The position numbers and the translations under genes were made by a program. A stretch of 64,000 nt of DNA, from the NCBI RefSeq assembly GCF_006345805.1, contig NC_043010.1, positions 67,394,001 through 67,458,000 on the forward strand. Direction: 5' to 3'. The stretch is from Octopus sinensis. Its lineage: Eukaryota. The notes under the pieces were generated by a model. It saw only the letters and a program-made list of their open reading frames with translations. It made no database searches and was not told the DNA's origin. Numbering within the stretch: position 1 is the stretch's first letter; each line of letters starts with the position of its first letter. Positions 37,523-51,230 of the stretch are shown in pieces.

Positions 37523-37731
37523 AAACCCTTTTGATACCAACCCGGCTGAAACCGGCTCTGGCTCTCAGTACAAATGTCTTGTTTTCATAAGTTTTGAATT
37601 AAAATCTTTCACCAAACCGTAGTCACAATTTATGTTCCTAACACTAGCTTAATGATAACGAAGTTATTTTATTAAATTCTTTGTTATATTTAAAATAATT
37701 GAAAGAATAAATGCAGTAACGAAAGGGTTAA
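37523..37731. mobile_element. piggyBac-like MITE (CCCTTT...AAAGGG|TTAA)
   Basis: Same body as the 42528 and 62343 copies, with a small internal deletion. Confidence 0.7.
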
Positions 37732-37815
37732 CTCAGTTAGGACCCAGTTTGCAATGAGAATAGAGTCAATAACAATGTATACAGCCTTGGGAAAGACACG
37801 AAAGCTGCTTCTTAC

Positions 37816-37980
37816 TGTATTTGTACATATTAATTGTGAAGCTTGGGGTAATTAAAGGGAAGTTATTAACACAAGAGGTACTGTGGGTGATGGTCGAGTG
37901 GGAAGGACACCAAACTACTGATTTCCAGGTTGTTTTCTCGAGGCAACTCGTAATGAAGATGTACAAAGATTTAATGAAGC
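37816..37980 (-). CDS. Candidate internal exon (FIKSLYIFITSCLEKTTWKSVVW...INMYKY), phase 1 to 1
   Basis: TTTCTTAATTAG| ... |GTAAGA. 165 nt, only the phase-1 frame is open, non-repetitive sequence. Confidence 0.4.
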
Positions 37981-38496
37981 CTAATTAAGAAACCTGTCAC
38001 TTGTAGTAATCTAATCAAAAAGATATGTCCCATAACGATTCTTCTGAGGAATTTATTATCATCACTAGCTCACAGCAAAACCACTACCACCACCACCACC
38101 ATCACCATCATCATCATCATCATCATCACCACCACCAGCATCATCAGCATCATCAGCATCATGCTTCTACTATCACTGCGGCTGAAGCCACTCACACTAC
38201 CCATCATACTATCTTCTTTGACATTCTCTTCCATTTCCATAAGCAAAGGTTCTCTACCATTTTTTTTTTTTATATATGGAGCCCTCTGGTTACTATTTTA
38301 TTCTGGTGGATTCCCAGAACCATTCAATGTTCAAAAACTAGTTTTATAGAAACTCCTTTCAAAATTCCTATTTTGTTTGCCGCACATCAACTTGTGTAAT
38401 TTGAACAATGTAAAATGCTAGAGAAGGAAGCCTGGCTGTTTCTTACAATACATACCAATACATACATCTAAAGCAAAATCTTACATACATCTAAAG

Positions 38497-38827
38497 CAGG
38501 GGTTCTCCACCATTTTTTATATACAGAGCCCTCTGGTTCTATTTTATTTTAGTGGACACTCCTAGCCATTCAATGTAGAAACTCCTTTCAAAATTCTTAT
38601 TTTGTTTTCCACACATCAACTTGTGTAGGTTGAACTATGTAAAATGTTAAAGAAAGAAACCTGGCTGTTTCTTACAATATATACCAATACATACGTCTTA
38701 ATAAAAATTTTTTCAGGGGCCATTAAAATACTATTGTGGATCCTCAATTTACAATTTTGTTGTGTGGGCCCCCCCAAATCTTATATGGACCATCAGGTGC
38801 TGTATGGACCCTGGTTGAGAACTACTG
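38497..38827. mobile_element. hAT-like MITE, preceded by a partial tandem copy (38244-38474)
   Basis: Ends CAGGGGTTCTCCACC / GGTTGAGAACTACTG. The first 230 bp or so are duplicated immediately upstream. Confidence 0.6.
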
Positions 38828-38865
38828 GTTTACAGCATAAGATATGTTGGGCACTCAATACTCTC

Positions 38866-39085
38866 TCTTTTCACTCTTTTACTTGTTTCAGTCATTTTAC
38901 TGTGGCCATGCTGGAGCACCACATTTAGTCGAGCAAATCAACCCCAGGACTTATTCTTTCTAAGCCTAGTACTTATTCTATCGGTTTCTTTTACTGAACT
39001 GCTAAGTTATGGAAATGCAAACACACCAATATCAGTTGTCAAGCAATGTTGGGAGACAAACACAGACACACAAACATATACACAC

Positions 39086-39166
<81 letters not shown>

Positions 39167-39326
39167 TATGACAGGCTTGTTTCAGTTTCCATCAACTAAA
39201 TCCATTCACAAGGCTTTGGTTGGCCCGTGGCTATAGTAGAAGACACTTGCCCAAGGTGCCATGCAGTGGGACTGAACCCAGAACCATGTGGTTCGTAAGC
39301 AAGCTACTTACCACACAGCCACTCTT
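38866..39326 (-). mobile_element. SINE family A, full length
   Basis: Complete match to the family. Confidence 0.9.
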
Positions 39327-40230
39327 ACACCATTATATATATAAGAGATTGGACAATAAGTATAAGCCAGTGTCAATGGTGGTTCCAGAAATCCTCTCAG
39401 TTTACTTTTGCCATTAGTTCTTATCTCAGGCAGAGTCAGCAGCTTTCATTAAATTTAATATTGCATCTTGAATAGGTCTTCATTAATTTATGGTAAATGT
39501 ATGTCTTTTTGCAATAATGATAACCCTTCAATAATGATAACATTTTGTAGCCCTATTTTTGAGTATTAAAGAGTGACCAATGGTACATTTAGTCTTCATT
39601 CAGTTATCCAATCATAATTAATTTTTTTTTAATGTAAAGCCATTAACTAGTTGTTTTTTTGCTTGGAAAATAAAATTCATCATCATCATTATCACTGCAC
39701 CACCATCACCACCACCACTACCACCGCCACTACCACCACCACCACCAGAGAAGGACACTGCTTGTATGGTGGTGACACTCATTTACAACTACTGCACAAT
39801 GAAAAGCCAAGGAGACACAAGCTAACCTGCACCTACATGCAGACATATATGCATACATAAACATACAGATATATCTGTGTGTGTATGTATGTGTGTGTGT
39901 GTGTGTGTATATATACAGGGTTGATGTAATTGATTCATCCTCTACCCCAAAATTGTTGTCCTTATGTCAAAATTTGAAACCAAAAGGAAAAAAGGGCTCT
40001 CTACCCCCCTTTCGACCAGGCTCCCGTGGCTTTCATGGGTTTTTCCACGAGTAACCTTTGAAGCACCGCCCCCTATTGGGAGTTTTTACTTGTTATATTT
40101 TCGTTGTTATCTTGCATTTTTACACGGATTTTACAAACAGACAAAACCCTTTTTGTAACTTTTGTCTTGTATTTTGTTCTTACATGTTTTATCTAATTTT
40201 TGTTAGCCCTTGTGGCCAATAAACGAACTA

Positions 40231-40284
<54 letters not shown>

Positions 40285-41096
40285 GTTTTCTTATCAAGTT
40301 CCGAGAGCCAAAACAAGTTAGTCTGCCAGGATTAGATCTCAGAAGTTCTTGATACTAAACAATATTTTATGAATTATTCTAGATGCAGTTGCCTACCACA
40401 CCATCAACCCCACCACCAACCTCAGCACAACTGCTGTGATAACTGTAGCAAGGCAGACCTTTGTAATCTATGACAGCATGGATACACACACACACACACA
40501 CACACACACACTTTAAATAAAATGATGATGTTGATGGTGGTGGTGTTGGTGTTGGTGGTAGTGATGATGGTGGTGGTGTTGATGCTGATAATGCTAGTGG
40601 TGGAAGTGTTGGTGGTGATGATAATAATGATGATGGTGGTGATGGTGGTGGTGGTGGTGGTGGTAGATGGTGGAGTCGATGGTGGTGTTTATAATGATGA
40701 TGAAGGTGGTGATGGTGATCATGACAAAGATGGCAGTGGTGGAGGTGCTGGTGGCAAAGATGATGCTGATAATGATGATGATGGTAATGGTGATGGTGAT
40801 GACGATGATAACAACGATGGAAATGTAATGACGATGATGATGATGATGGTAGTAGATACAGTGGTTATAATGATGCTGATGATTGATGCGGTGGTTGTAG
40901 TGATCATGAATGATGACTGGTTGCAATGGTTGTAACAGTGATGTTAAAAAAAAAAAATTCTTTTTTTTCCCCCCCTTTTTCCTATATGCATTATTAGATT
41001 AAGAGGTCTAAATAGTCAAATAACCTTTGAAACACGAACTACAAGAAGAAATTCGTTTCATTCGGTGACAACACACCGGTTTACAAAAGAATAAAC

Positions 41097-41145
41097 CTAC
41101 AGGCAAAAGGGGAAACTCTTCTTTGATTTTATGAATGTTTGTCAC
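41097..41145 (-). CDS. Candidate short exon (VTNIHKIKEEFPLLPV), phase 0 to 1
   Basis: TTTGCAG| ... G|GTTTAT, open frame. Joins in frame to the 37816-37980 candidate. Confidence 0.25.
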
Positions 41146-41224
41146 CTGCAAATCAATAGCATCTATGACTCAAAGAGGATGGTCTGACCTATTTTACACC
41201 CACACACACATACGTGCATGTATG

Positions 41225-41258
<34 letters not shown>

Positions 41259-41334
41259 TGTATGTATAAATACATATATATTTATGTATATGTACACACA
41301 TATATATATATGTATGTATTTATATATGTGTATA

Positions 41335-41387
<53 letters not shown>

Positions 41388-41474
41388 ATATTTATATATG
41401 TATATATATATACACATACATACATACATACATACATATATCTATATATACACATACACATATATATACACATA

Positions 41475-41532
<58 letters not shown>

Positions 41533-42021
41533 AACATATATATATGTTCATGTGCGTGTAGAAAACAGCTTTTCTTCCAAACATGATATATTGAAAACAA
41601 GATTGTGTTCAAGTTAAATGCACACACACACAGACACATACACACACACACGCACACACACACACACACGCACATGCACACACGCACACACGCACACACA
41701 AACAAGCAAAGATGCACACACAAACACATGTATACATACATGTATTCACATGTATGTACGTACACTTAGTTTCTCAACATGTACAAATGCAAGTAAACAA
41801 TTATACAAAATTTAATGAAGTGGATACATGTTATTGTATCTTATCAGATATGTGTGCGTATGTGTGTGTGTGTGTGTGTGTGTGTGCGTGCGCATGTTAA
41901 ACAGCTTTAAACCTCTTTTTATAGTAGCTCATCTGTGCTATAAACTAGTCTGAAACCAGTTGTGTTTTGATCGCAGTAGAAATTTCATTACTACATAAAT
42001 AATATTGACTGCATATTTTCA

Positions 42022-42233
42022 GTATTCTTTTACTTGTTTCAGTGATTTCACTGTGGCCATGCTAGAGTACCACCTTTAGTCAAACAAATCGACCCCAGGG
42101 CTTATTCTTTGTAAGCCTTGTACTTATTCTATCAGTCTTTTTTGCCGAACCGCTAAGTTATGTGGACGTAAACACACCAGCATCGGTTGTCAAGCGATGT
42201 TGGGGGGGCAAACAAACCCAGACACACAAACAT

Positions 42234-42303
<70 letters not shown>

Positions 42304-42501
42304 ATAATATATATATATATACACACACACACATATATATACAACGGACTTCTTTCAGTTTCCGTCTACCAAATCCACTCACAAGGCTTTGGTCAGCCTG
42401 AGGCTATAGCAGAAGACACTTGCCCAAGGTGCCATGCAGTGGGACTGAACCCGGAACCATGTGGCTGGTAAGCAAGCTACTTACCACACAGCCACTCCTA
42501 C
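42022..42501 (-). mobile_element. SINE family A, full length
   Basis: Complete match to the family. Confidence 0.9.
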
Positions 42502-42527
42502 AGTGAAAAATTCTGTGGAAGTATTAA

Positions 42528-43121
42528 CCCTTCCATTGCCGTATTTATCGTGAGACTAGCAGTATCGCCCGGCGTTGCTCGGGTTTGTAAGGGAAATAAC
42601 TATAAAGCATTTTTAGAGAGTTATAGCCAAAAAATGGGAAAAAAATGATGGTAATTTTTTTTTTTAGTTAAAAAGGTCGAGTTGCGTCCCCTAGACAGTC
42701 TGTGGTTTGTGTTTCTGATTCTCGACCCCATGTCGAATTTATCGATTTTTTTCAGAACTGGGGGAACTTTACAAAATTTTCGCTGTGTTAGTTTTGAATT
42801 ATGACATTCGGCTATGTGTGTGTCAAGTTTCATCAGAATCGGTTGAAAGCCGTGGTCAGGGTGAGGGTACAACCTAACAGACACACAGAAACACACACAG
42901 ACAAACTGCCGTTTATATATAGAGAGATGCTCTGTGTTTCTTTCAATTAATTTTAAATATAACAAAGTATTTAGTAAAGTAACTTAGTTATCATTCAGCT
43001 AGTGTTAGGAACATAAACTGTGATTAAGGTTTGGTGGAAGATTTTAATTCAGAACTTATGAAAACAAGACATTTGTACTACAGAGCCAGAAGCAGTTTCA
43101 GCTGGGTTGATATCAAAAGGG
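42528..43121. mobile_element. piggyBac-like MITE with TTAA TSD, split by a Helitron
   Basis: TTAA at 42524-42527 and 43122-43125. The two halves rejoin into the uninterrupted family sequence seen at 62343-62571. Confidence 0.85.
42556..42927 (-). mobile_element. Non-autonomous Helitron
   Basis: Minus strand 5'-TC...CCCGAGCAACGCCGGG hairpin...CTAG-3', inserted between A and T with no TSD. Confidence 0.85.
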
Positions 43122-44613
43122 TTAAACACCAGTTTAATATACCAATAAGTGATGAGTCAATGAAGGAACCACTAGATGGTTGCTAGAAGTACTAACCAAA
43201 TATAGCTTATATCACACAGTTTTAAAAAGGGAAAGATATATTAAATATATTAAAGTTGTAGATACTTTCAAAAAAGCAGGATCGTCAGAGTTGGAACACC
43301 TTTGATCATAAGTCTGTTCAGCCAAAGTTGACTGGTGACCAGGAAAAAAGTCACAATTTTGGCTAGGGAAAAATGTCACAATTAATTTATGGGATCCGGA
43401 CAAAAGCCCCAGGACAAAACCTCCTCAGACAAAACCCCACCTCTGAGACTTTTTTCCCCATGACTTTATTACTGTGACTCTTTTTTTACCTGGATTTGGC
43501 TGACTTGGGAGCTAACCTACAACCAAAAATCAATCTTTTATCTTTTACTTGTTTCAGTCATTAGACTGTGGCCATGCTGGGGCACTGCCTTGAAATGTTT
43601 TAGTCGAACAAATCAATCCCAGCACTTCTTTTATTAAAGCCTGGTACTTATTTCATAAGTTTTCTTCACTGAACAGCTAAATTACAGGAATGTAAACACA
43701 CCAACACTGGTTGTCAAATGGTGGTGGGACACACACAAACACAAACACACACACACACACGTATGAATTACAGGCTTCTTTCAGTTTTTGTCTCAAATCC
43801 ACTCACAATGCTTTGGTTGGTCAAAGTTTATAGCAGAAGATGCCCAAGAGCCAAGCAGTGGGACTGAACCTGGAACCATGTGGTTGGGAAGCCACAAATA
43901 AATAAAAAGCTAATTATTTTACTTAACTGTTTTGAATTCTATGTTATTTGGAAAGTTAAAGGAAATTGAGCTAATGAGTGAACTTTCACATAGTCACTCA
44001 ACATGCTAGAAATAGCAGTCAAAATTTTCTCAATTCATTCCTTATCTTCTATCTTTTATCTGTTACAGTCATTGGGCTGAACAGCCATGCTGGGGCTCTG
44101 CCTTAGAGGGTTTTAGTCAGATAAATCTCAGTATTTATTTTTCTTCTTCTTTTTTTTTTTTTTATTAGTTTGACATTTATTCTATTGGTCTTTTTTTGCC
44201 AAACTATTAAGTTATAAAGGATGTAAACAAATCAGCACCGGTTGTTGAAGGTGAGGCTGGGGTGGAGTATGGGAGTGGGAAACAAATACAGACACAAAGA
44301 CACACACTCATTTATACACGATGGGCTTTCACAAAGTGATCGTTCGTCGAAATTGACTCACAAGGCGTTGGTCAGCACTGGGCTATAAGTATAAGATACT
44401 TGCTCAATGTATTGTGCCATGGGACAAAACCGGAAACCACACACTTGTAAAGTGATGATGATCAAATACAGTGATTCACATTAGGAAGGGCAGCTGCAAA
44501 AACCATAATAAACAAATAAAAATAGTAGAAGTATGAGTAAGAAGTGGACTCGACAAACTACATTGCAGGTTAACTAACTGAATTAGCCATAACTTGGAAT
44601 AAAGACTGATATA

Positions 44614-44848
44614 CATTTCTTTACTACCCACAAGGGGCTAAACACAGAGGGGACAAACAAGGACAGACAAAGCGATTAAGTTGATTCCATCGACTCCAGT
44701 GCGTAACTGGTATTTATTTAATCGACCCCGAAAGGATGAAAGGCAAAGTCAACCTCGGCGGAATTTGAACTCAGAACGTAACGGCAGACGAAATACGGCT
44801 ACGCATTTCGCCCGGCGTGCTAACGTTTCTGCCAGCTCGCCACCTAAC
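44614..44848 (-). mobile_element. SINE family C monomer with 10-bp TSD
   Basis: GACTGATATA at 44604-44613 and 44849-44858. Confidence 0.9.
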
Positions 44849-44860
44849 GACTGATATAGA

Positions 44861-45040
44861 GAAGGCACATGGCTCAGTGGTTAGAGTATTGGGCTCAATC
44901 ATGAGGTAATGAGCTCAATTCCCAGACCCAGCTGTGTGTTGTGTTCTTGAGCAAGACACTTTACTCTGCATTGCTCCAGTTCACTCAACTGTAGAAATGA
45001 GTTGTAACACCATTGGTGCCAAGCTTTATCAGCTTTTGCT
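44861..45040 (+). mobile_element. tRNA-headed CORE-like SINE (family D; related copies near 23165-23348, 29655-29835 and 45600-45900 on the minus strand)
   Basis: A-box-like TGGCTCAGTGGTTAG, then CTTGAGCAAGACACTTT...CTGTAGAAATG resembling the CORE block. Confidence 0.6.
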
Positions 45041-45962
45041 TTTCCCTTGGAATAACATGCCCAAGGTGCCACACAGTGAGACTGAACCCGGAACCATGTA
45101 GTTGGTAAGCAAGCTACTTATCACACAGCCACTCCTGTGCCTATTTAGTTTCTTGAGTGTGATTGTGTGTGTGTATATATGAATCTATCAATGGAGAGGA
45201 GAGGTTGGTATGCATGGGCGACTGCAGGTCTTCCATAAAGAACCTTGCCTTGACTTGTGCCTCAGAAGGGAACTTTCTAGGTGCAATCCCACGATCAGTC
45301 ATGACCAAAGGGGGTCTTTAGAGTGGAGGAGGACTCTTTAGTCCTTTTGGCATCGACAACATCTCTATTGCTGGTTGCACGCTACAATGCATTCATCCAG
45401 TTCACACTCTAAGACATACACAACAATAAAACTTGTTGGTATTCTCTGTCATGGATCCGAGATGATGTAAGCCACAACTGATGGTAAAGCCTTCCTAACT
45501 AATGCCAACATGGAAAAATGAACATAAAATGAAGATGATGATGATGATATGTTTAGCATGTTCCCATGAATTTTCAGAGATATGTGACAAAGGTACTTGA
45601 CTGGACACTCTGTCAGTTATAATGACAAGTCTTCCAGTTGATCCATTGAATGGAACAACCGGCTTGTGAAATTAACGTGCAAGTGGCTGAGCACTCCACA
45701 GATATGCGTCTAATTATGTAGATTCAGTGTGACACACCAAATATAATGTGACATGGCTGCCTCATCTAACTACAGGTACGAGACATCTTTGCCAGCTGAG
45801 TGAACTGGAACAACAGAAAATAAAATGCTGGTAGGGATTGAACGCATGATCTTATGACTGTGGGCCAAATACGCTAACCACTAAGCCATTTGCCTTCACT
45901 GAGAAAGATATTTGACTTTACATGCATTCATACATTATGAGGTTTATTGAGGGGGAAAAGAT

Positions 45963-46383
45963 TACTCTTTACTCTTTTACTTGTTTCAGTCATTTGACTG
46001 CGGCCATGCTGGAGCACTGCCTTTAGTCGAAGAAATCGACCCCAGGACTTATTCTTTATAAGCCTAGTACTTATTGTATCGGTCTCTTTTGCCGAACCAC
46101 TAAGTTACGGGGACGTAAACACACCAGCATCAGTTGTCAAGTGATTTTTTTTGGGTGGGGGGACAAACAGACACACAAACACAGATACACACACATTTAC
46201 ACATATATACATGTATACAATGGGCTTCTTTCATTTTCCATCTACCAAATCCACTCACAAGAATGTGGTCGGCCCAAGGCTATAGTAAAAAACACTAGCC
46301 CAAGGTGCCACACAGTGGGACTGAACCCGGATCCATGTAGTTGGTAAGCAAGCTACTTATCACACAGCCACTCCTGTGCCTAT
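45963..46383 (-). mobile_element. SINE family A, full length
   Basis: Complete match to the family. Confidence 0.9.
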
Positions 46384-46421
46384 TTAGTTTCTTGAGTGTG
46401 ATTGTGTGTGTGTGTATATAT

Positions 46422-46453
<32 letters not shown>

Positions 46454-46658
46454 ATATATATATAAACTGCCAGGATATTAATATTTCATATATTCTCAAC
46501 ACAACAGAAAAATAACAAAAGATCTCAGAAGCATTATAAAAGCAAAACACTGTACATAAGAGAGCAGTGAAAGCATGCAATAAAAATAAAGCTACCAAAC
46601 AAATTATGCATTTGTATTATGACTATTTAGCCATAAAACTCCATTGCCATCCTCTTAC

Positions 46659-46671
46659 ATGGCAAACACTC
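46659..46671 (-). CDS. Candidate 13-nt microexon GAGTGTTTGCCAT (ECLP), phase 0 to 1
   Basis: A long T run then CGTGTAG| acceptor and a |GTAAGA donor. An 88-nt intron separates it from the 46760-46817 exon. Confidence 0.5.
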
Positions 46672-46759
46672 CTACACGAAAAAAAAAAAAAAAAAAACAA
46701 ATACAAAAGTCGATCAACCGGTCAGCTCCACCTACTTAAACATATATTCTACCCCTTAC

Positions 46760-46817
46760 TTCACCACGTACAGTGCCTAAACCCTCTGCCAACACATGAC
46801 TCAAGTCGCCCATTAAA
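46760..46817 (-). CDS. Candidate exon (LMGDLSHVLAEGLGTVRGE), phase 2 to 0
   Basis: CTTCCTACATCAG| ... GAA|GTAAGG. GC-richer than the flanks, one open frame. Confidence 0.5.
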
Positions 46818-47109
46818 CTGATGTAGGAAGTTAGATATGGGATAGTGTTTCTTATAATTTTTCTAATATCGTGTGTATATGACATGTGTAGAAAGTATCG
46901 TGATCATAATCAGTCATAATCATTGTTATCATCACAACCAATGATTTATTCGTTTCCTTACGAATAAACAAGGAAGCTTCTACAAAGTTACTTGACTAGA
47001 AACCTGACGTTTATGTCTCCACACGGTCGTTATCAATGTCAGTGAAGTAAGCTGGCACCTGCTGGAATATGAAACCAAATTGAGAATTTGGTTCGTCAAA
47101 AATTTACTA

Positions 47110-47312
47110 TAGGCGTAGGAGTGGCTGTGTGGTAAGTAGCTTGCTTACAAACCACATGGTTCCGGGTTCAGTCCTACTGCGTGGCACCTTGGGCAAGTGT
47201 CTTCTACTATAGCCTCGGGCTGACCAAAGCCTTGTGAGTGGATTTGGTAGACGGAAACTGAAAGAAGCCCGTCGTGTATATGTATACATGTATGTATGTA
47301 TGTATGTATGTA

Positions 47313-47347
<35 letters not shown>

Positions 47348-47553
47348 CTGTGTCTGTGTTTGTCCCCCCAACATCGCTTGACAACCGATGCTGGTGTGTT
47401 TACATTCCCGTAACTGAGTTCGGCAAAAGAGACTGATAGAATAAGTACTAGGCTTACAAAGAATAAGTCCTGGGGTCGATGTGTTCGACTAAAGGCAGTG
47501 CTCCAGCATGGCCACAGCCAAATGACTGAAACAAGTAAAAGAGTAAAAGAGAG
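47110..47553 (+). mobile_element. SINE family A, full length, plus orientation
   Basis: Complete match. Inverted relative to the 45963 copy. Confidence 0.9.
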
Positions 47554-48490
47554 TACCAAACTACAGTGCATATCCCATACAATGAAACATTGGTTTCAAA
47601 TTTTGGTGTAGGACCAGCAATGTTTAGAGGGGGGGGGTAAGCGATTACATTGACCCCAGAGTTCAACTGGTACTTATTTAGTTGACCTCAAAAGAATGAA
47701 AGGTAAAGTTGCCCTCAACAGAATTTTAACTCAGAAAGTAAAAGTGGATGAAATGCTGCCCAGCATTTGCCTAGCATGCTAATGGTTCTGCCAGCTCACT
47801 GCCTTCACCCCATGTAAACATTATCTCATAGAAACGAGAGGACTTCTACACAGTGACTCACACAACTAGAAATAGCAGTTAAAGCTTCCTCAAATCACAA
47901 GCTACTGTCTAATGAAAAGAAGAAAGCACATTACATAATGTAGTTCTAAATAGCATTTGAAAGACAGGATGGTCACAGTTGGAAGACTTTTGATCATATG
48001 TCTACTCAATCAGGATTGGTATGGGGCTAAACAATAACAACTTCCAATTCATGGGAGAATGGATATGAAACAATGAAACATTCATTCATTTTCCAAAGGT
48101 CATTCATAACCAGAAACCAAAAACTAGACTGCAAACTTCTCAAATGAATGGCTATTTATCTCTGTTCCATTATAATCACATTGATTATAAAGAATATCAG
48201 TTGTTCCGTATAAACATAGTAATGGGTTGGTATAGTTTGCAGTGTTAAACTAAATGCTTTTGTGGTATTTACTTGTGTGTGTGTGTGTGTGTGTGTGTTT
48301 GTCTATAGATAGACAGATAGATAGTAAAATCTCTAGGTAGATAGATATGTTTCTTTATTTGCCACACAGGGCTGCACACAGACGGGACAGATTACAAAGT
48401 AGAGCTTTTCTTTATGGGGAGAGAGAAAAAAAAAGTGGGGAAGGTTTTCAATCAAAAGGGATCGTAAAAGGGAAAGAAAAAAAAGGAAAA

Positions 48491-49078
<588 letters not shown>

Positions 49079-50479
49079 AATGTTGTGGGCTTAAATACCA
49101 GTGAAGTAGATATTACCTTTTATCCCAACAAGGTTGATAAAATACCACCCATATATTTGTGCTAGTTTAATTGATTGTACTTCAACCGCACCCCACTCAC
49201 TGCACTACAGACTTATGGTCTTGTGCCCAATGTGAGAAATCAATAAATGAAATAAATAGACGAACTATTAAAATTGTTCCATTTGAAAGAGTTCTGCCAA
49301 GATACAGGAGACGAAGGTTGGAAGTAGAGCTAAACAGTGAAGGCATGTTTCCTTAAGTGTGTGTGTGTTTGTGTGTGTGGGGGGGGCATTGGTGCGTGGG
49401 TGTATGTGCTTATGTAAATGCATGTGTGTGCACATGTGTGTGAGAGTGCTTGTGTGCGAGTGCATGTGTGACCTTTTCTTTGTGGACACGCTTCTCTCTT
49501 TCTCTCCCTCCTATCTGTCTTTCTCTCTCTCTGTGAGTGTGTCTAAAAGAACTAGAGAGGAAACAAGAGTAGTGAAGAGTCCTCTCTGGGAGCAAACAAA
49601 ACAGCTCTTATATATTTTTACAGAAATCATCTCCTGTCTTAATTTGTTATTAAATGGATTTTCCTTCTTGCTATCATGTCTGTCCAACCATTAGGTCAGT
49701 TATGCAGAAACATCCCACACATGCTGATACTGACTATAATATTGCAGCCGAGATAACAAAACCTGAGATTTACTTAAAGTATACACCTACACACAAGACA
49801 CCATCTGATCTCTGGCCCTTCCTTCCCAACTAAAGAAATGTAATTTGAGGTTAAACATTTCCTTAGGCAGCTTAGTGTATTATTTATTATTTACAAATCT
49901 GACAAATGGTGTGTAGGTGTATTGGCTGACTACAGATTGGAGATAAGCATTTAAACCGTTTTCTTTTACAGACAAAAATCTAAGCTGTTAAGTAAGAAGA
50001 GTAAACGATGTTGTGCAACAATCATGCTTTTCTGAAAGGCATTTTGTATCATACATGAATAGAAACAGAGACAGTTAACCTTGTTTGCCAGGAGATTACT
50101 TCTACTCTAGCCACAAACCACAAACCTCATTAAAATATTAATACGGTTAATATCCCTGGGTTAGTTATGTTGTTTTTACTCCCAAGCATAAGGTACATGG
50201 GGTAGAAAGGGCTCCTTAGCCGTAGTGAAGGCAATCTATCTAGGGAGATAACCTTACAATAAATCACTGGGTCCGTAGCTTAGAAATACTGGGTTGACGT
50301 CCAGCGGGAACAGCTTTGTTTCATGGAGGAGGAAAGATCTTCTTTAGTACTTGGTTGTACAATGCTTTCCAATGTGTGTAGTAGTGGTGCGCGCACACAT
50401 TAGCCATTTGAAAAGACTATGAAAGTCTCGACCACGGCCGAACAATGATGATGATGACATACTCTCTATTTCAACTCAG

Positions 50480-50860
50480 TGCAGTTCCCATTGTGCTCTC
50501 AAGCACATTGGGCAGCAAGTTGTTGCCACTGGTTTCGACTGGCCACAGTTTTCTCTACATCCACCCATGCATTTTTGGTCTTTTCTTATGTCAATTACAA
50601 GTGTTCTGCACCATGTAGTTTTTAGTCATCTTTTCTTCTTTTTTTCCCACTAGTGGTGTGCATTTAAAAGCATTTTTCTTTTTTTAAGAATGGTATTGTT
50701 CTGGTAGCTGGAGTATGTGACTTGCTAGTTTTAATCTTTGTTCTCAGATGATTTTGCAAAGTGGTCTTGTGTTGGCTCACCTTAGAATGTTTTCATTGGT
50801 TGTGTGGTCTTGCTGATACATTCTCAGAACCCCTCTCAAGCATCGTTGGTGCAACACACC
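50480..50860 (-). mobile_element. Degenerate RTE LINE 3' fragment
   Basis: Broken frames resemble RLKLA(G)HIL, GKRRKG.PKTTW.RT and RNQWQQLAAQC, the RTE ORF2 C-terminus. Confidence 0.55.
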
Positions 50861-50918
50861 AAGCTTCCCATTGATATTTTCATGGTACTCCTTCATGTCT
50901 TACGGTAGACACATTCAC

Positions 50919-50993
50919 CTATCAAAGTAGTATCATTAGTGAAAATGGTAATATTGAGACTCCCATCAACTATGGAATTGGCAAAGCTGCAGC
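50919..50993 (-). CDS. Candidate exon (CSFANSIVDGSLNITIFTNDTTLI), phase 1 to 1
   Basis: TTTTCTTGTATGTAG| ... AG|GTGAAT. 75 nt, only the phase-1 frame is open. Confidence 0.45.
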
Positions 50994-51129
50994 CTACATA
51001 CAAGAAAATGTGCCTTAGTGATTATATGTATATAGTGATTATATATATATATATATTTGGCATTGATCTGGCAGACATGAGAGTGACTATACTTTGTTTC
51101 AAAGGTCTAAAACCTTCTTAGAAACATAC

Positions 51130-51230
51130 TGGTGGTGGCTGTTCTTGTATCTGTAAAAGATCAACTTATTTTCCTCCTGCCATCAATGCCAATTTCAAAT
51201 TTTAATTCATCGGAATCTAATGTGTCACAC
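51130..51230 (-). pseudogene. Exon-like segment with one in-frame TGA (CDTLDSDELKFEIGIDGRRKIS*SFTDTRTATT)
   Basis: Pyrimidine tract...TGTAAAG| and |GTATGT. The frame continues into the 50919 exon. TGA at 51161-51163. Confidence 0.3.

Noticed and set aside
40522-40935. 137-aa M/V/D/G-rich ORF
   Set aside because: Degenerate (GAT/GGT)n microsatellite.
47000-47070. Minus-strand exon candidate QVPAYFTDIDNDRVET
   Set aside because: Good acceptor, but no strong in-phase donor before the stop and the phase does not fit its neighbours.
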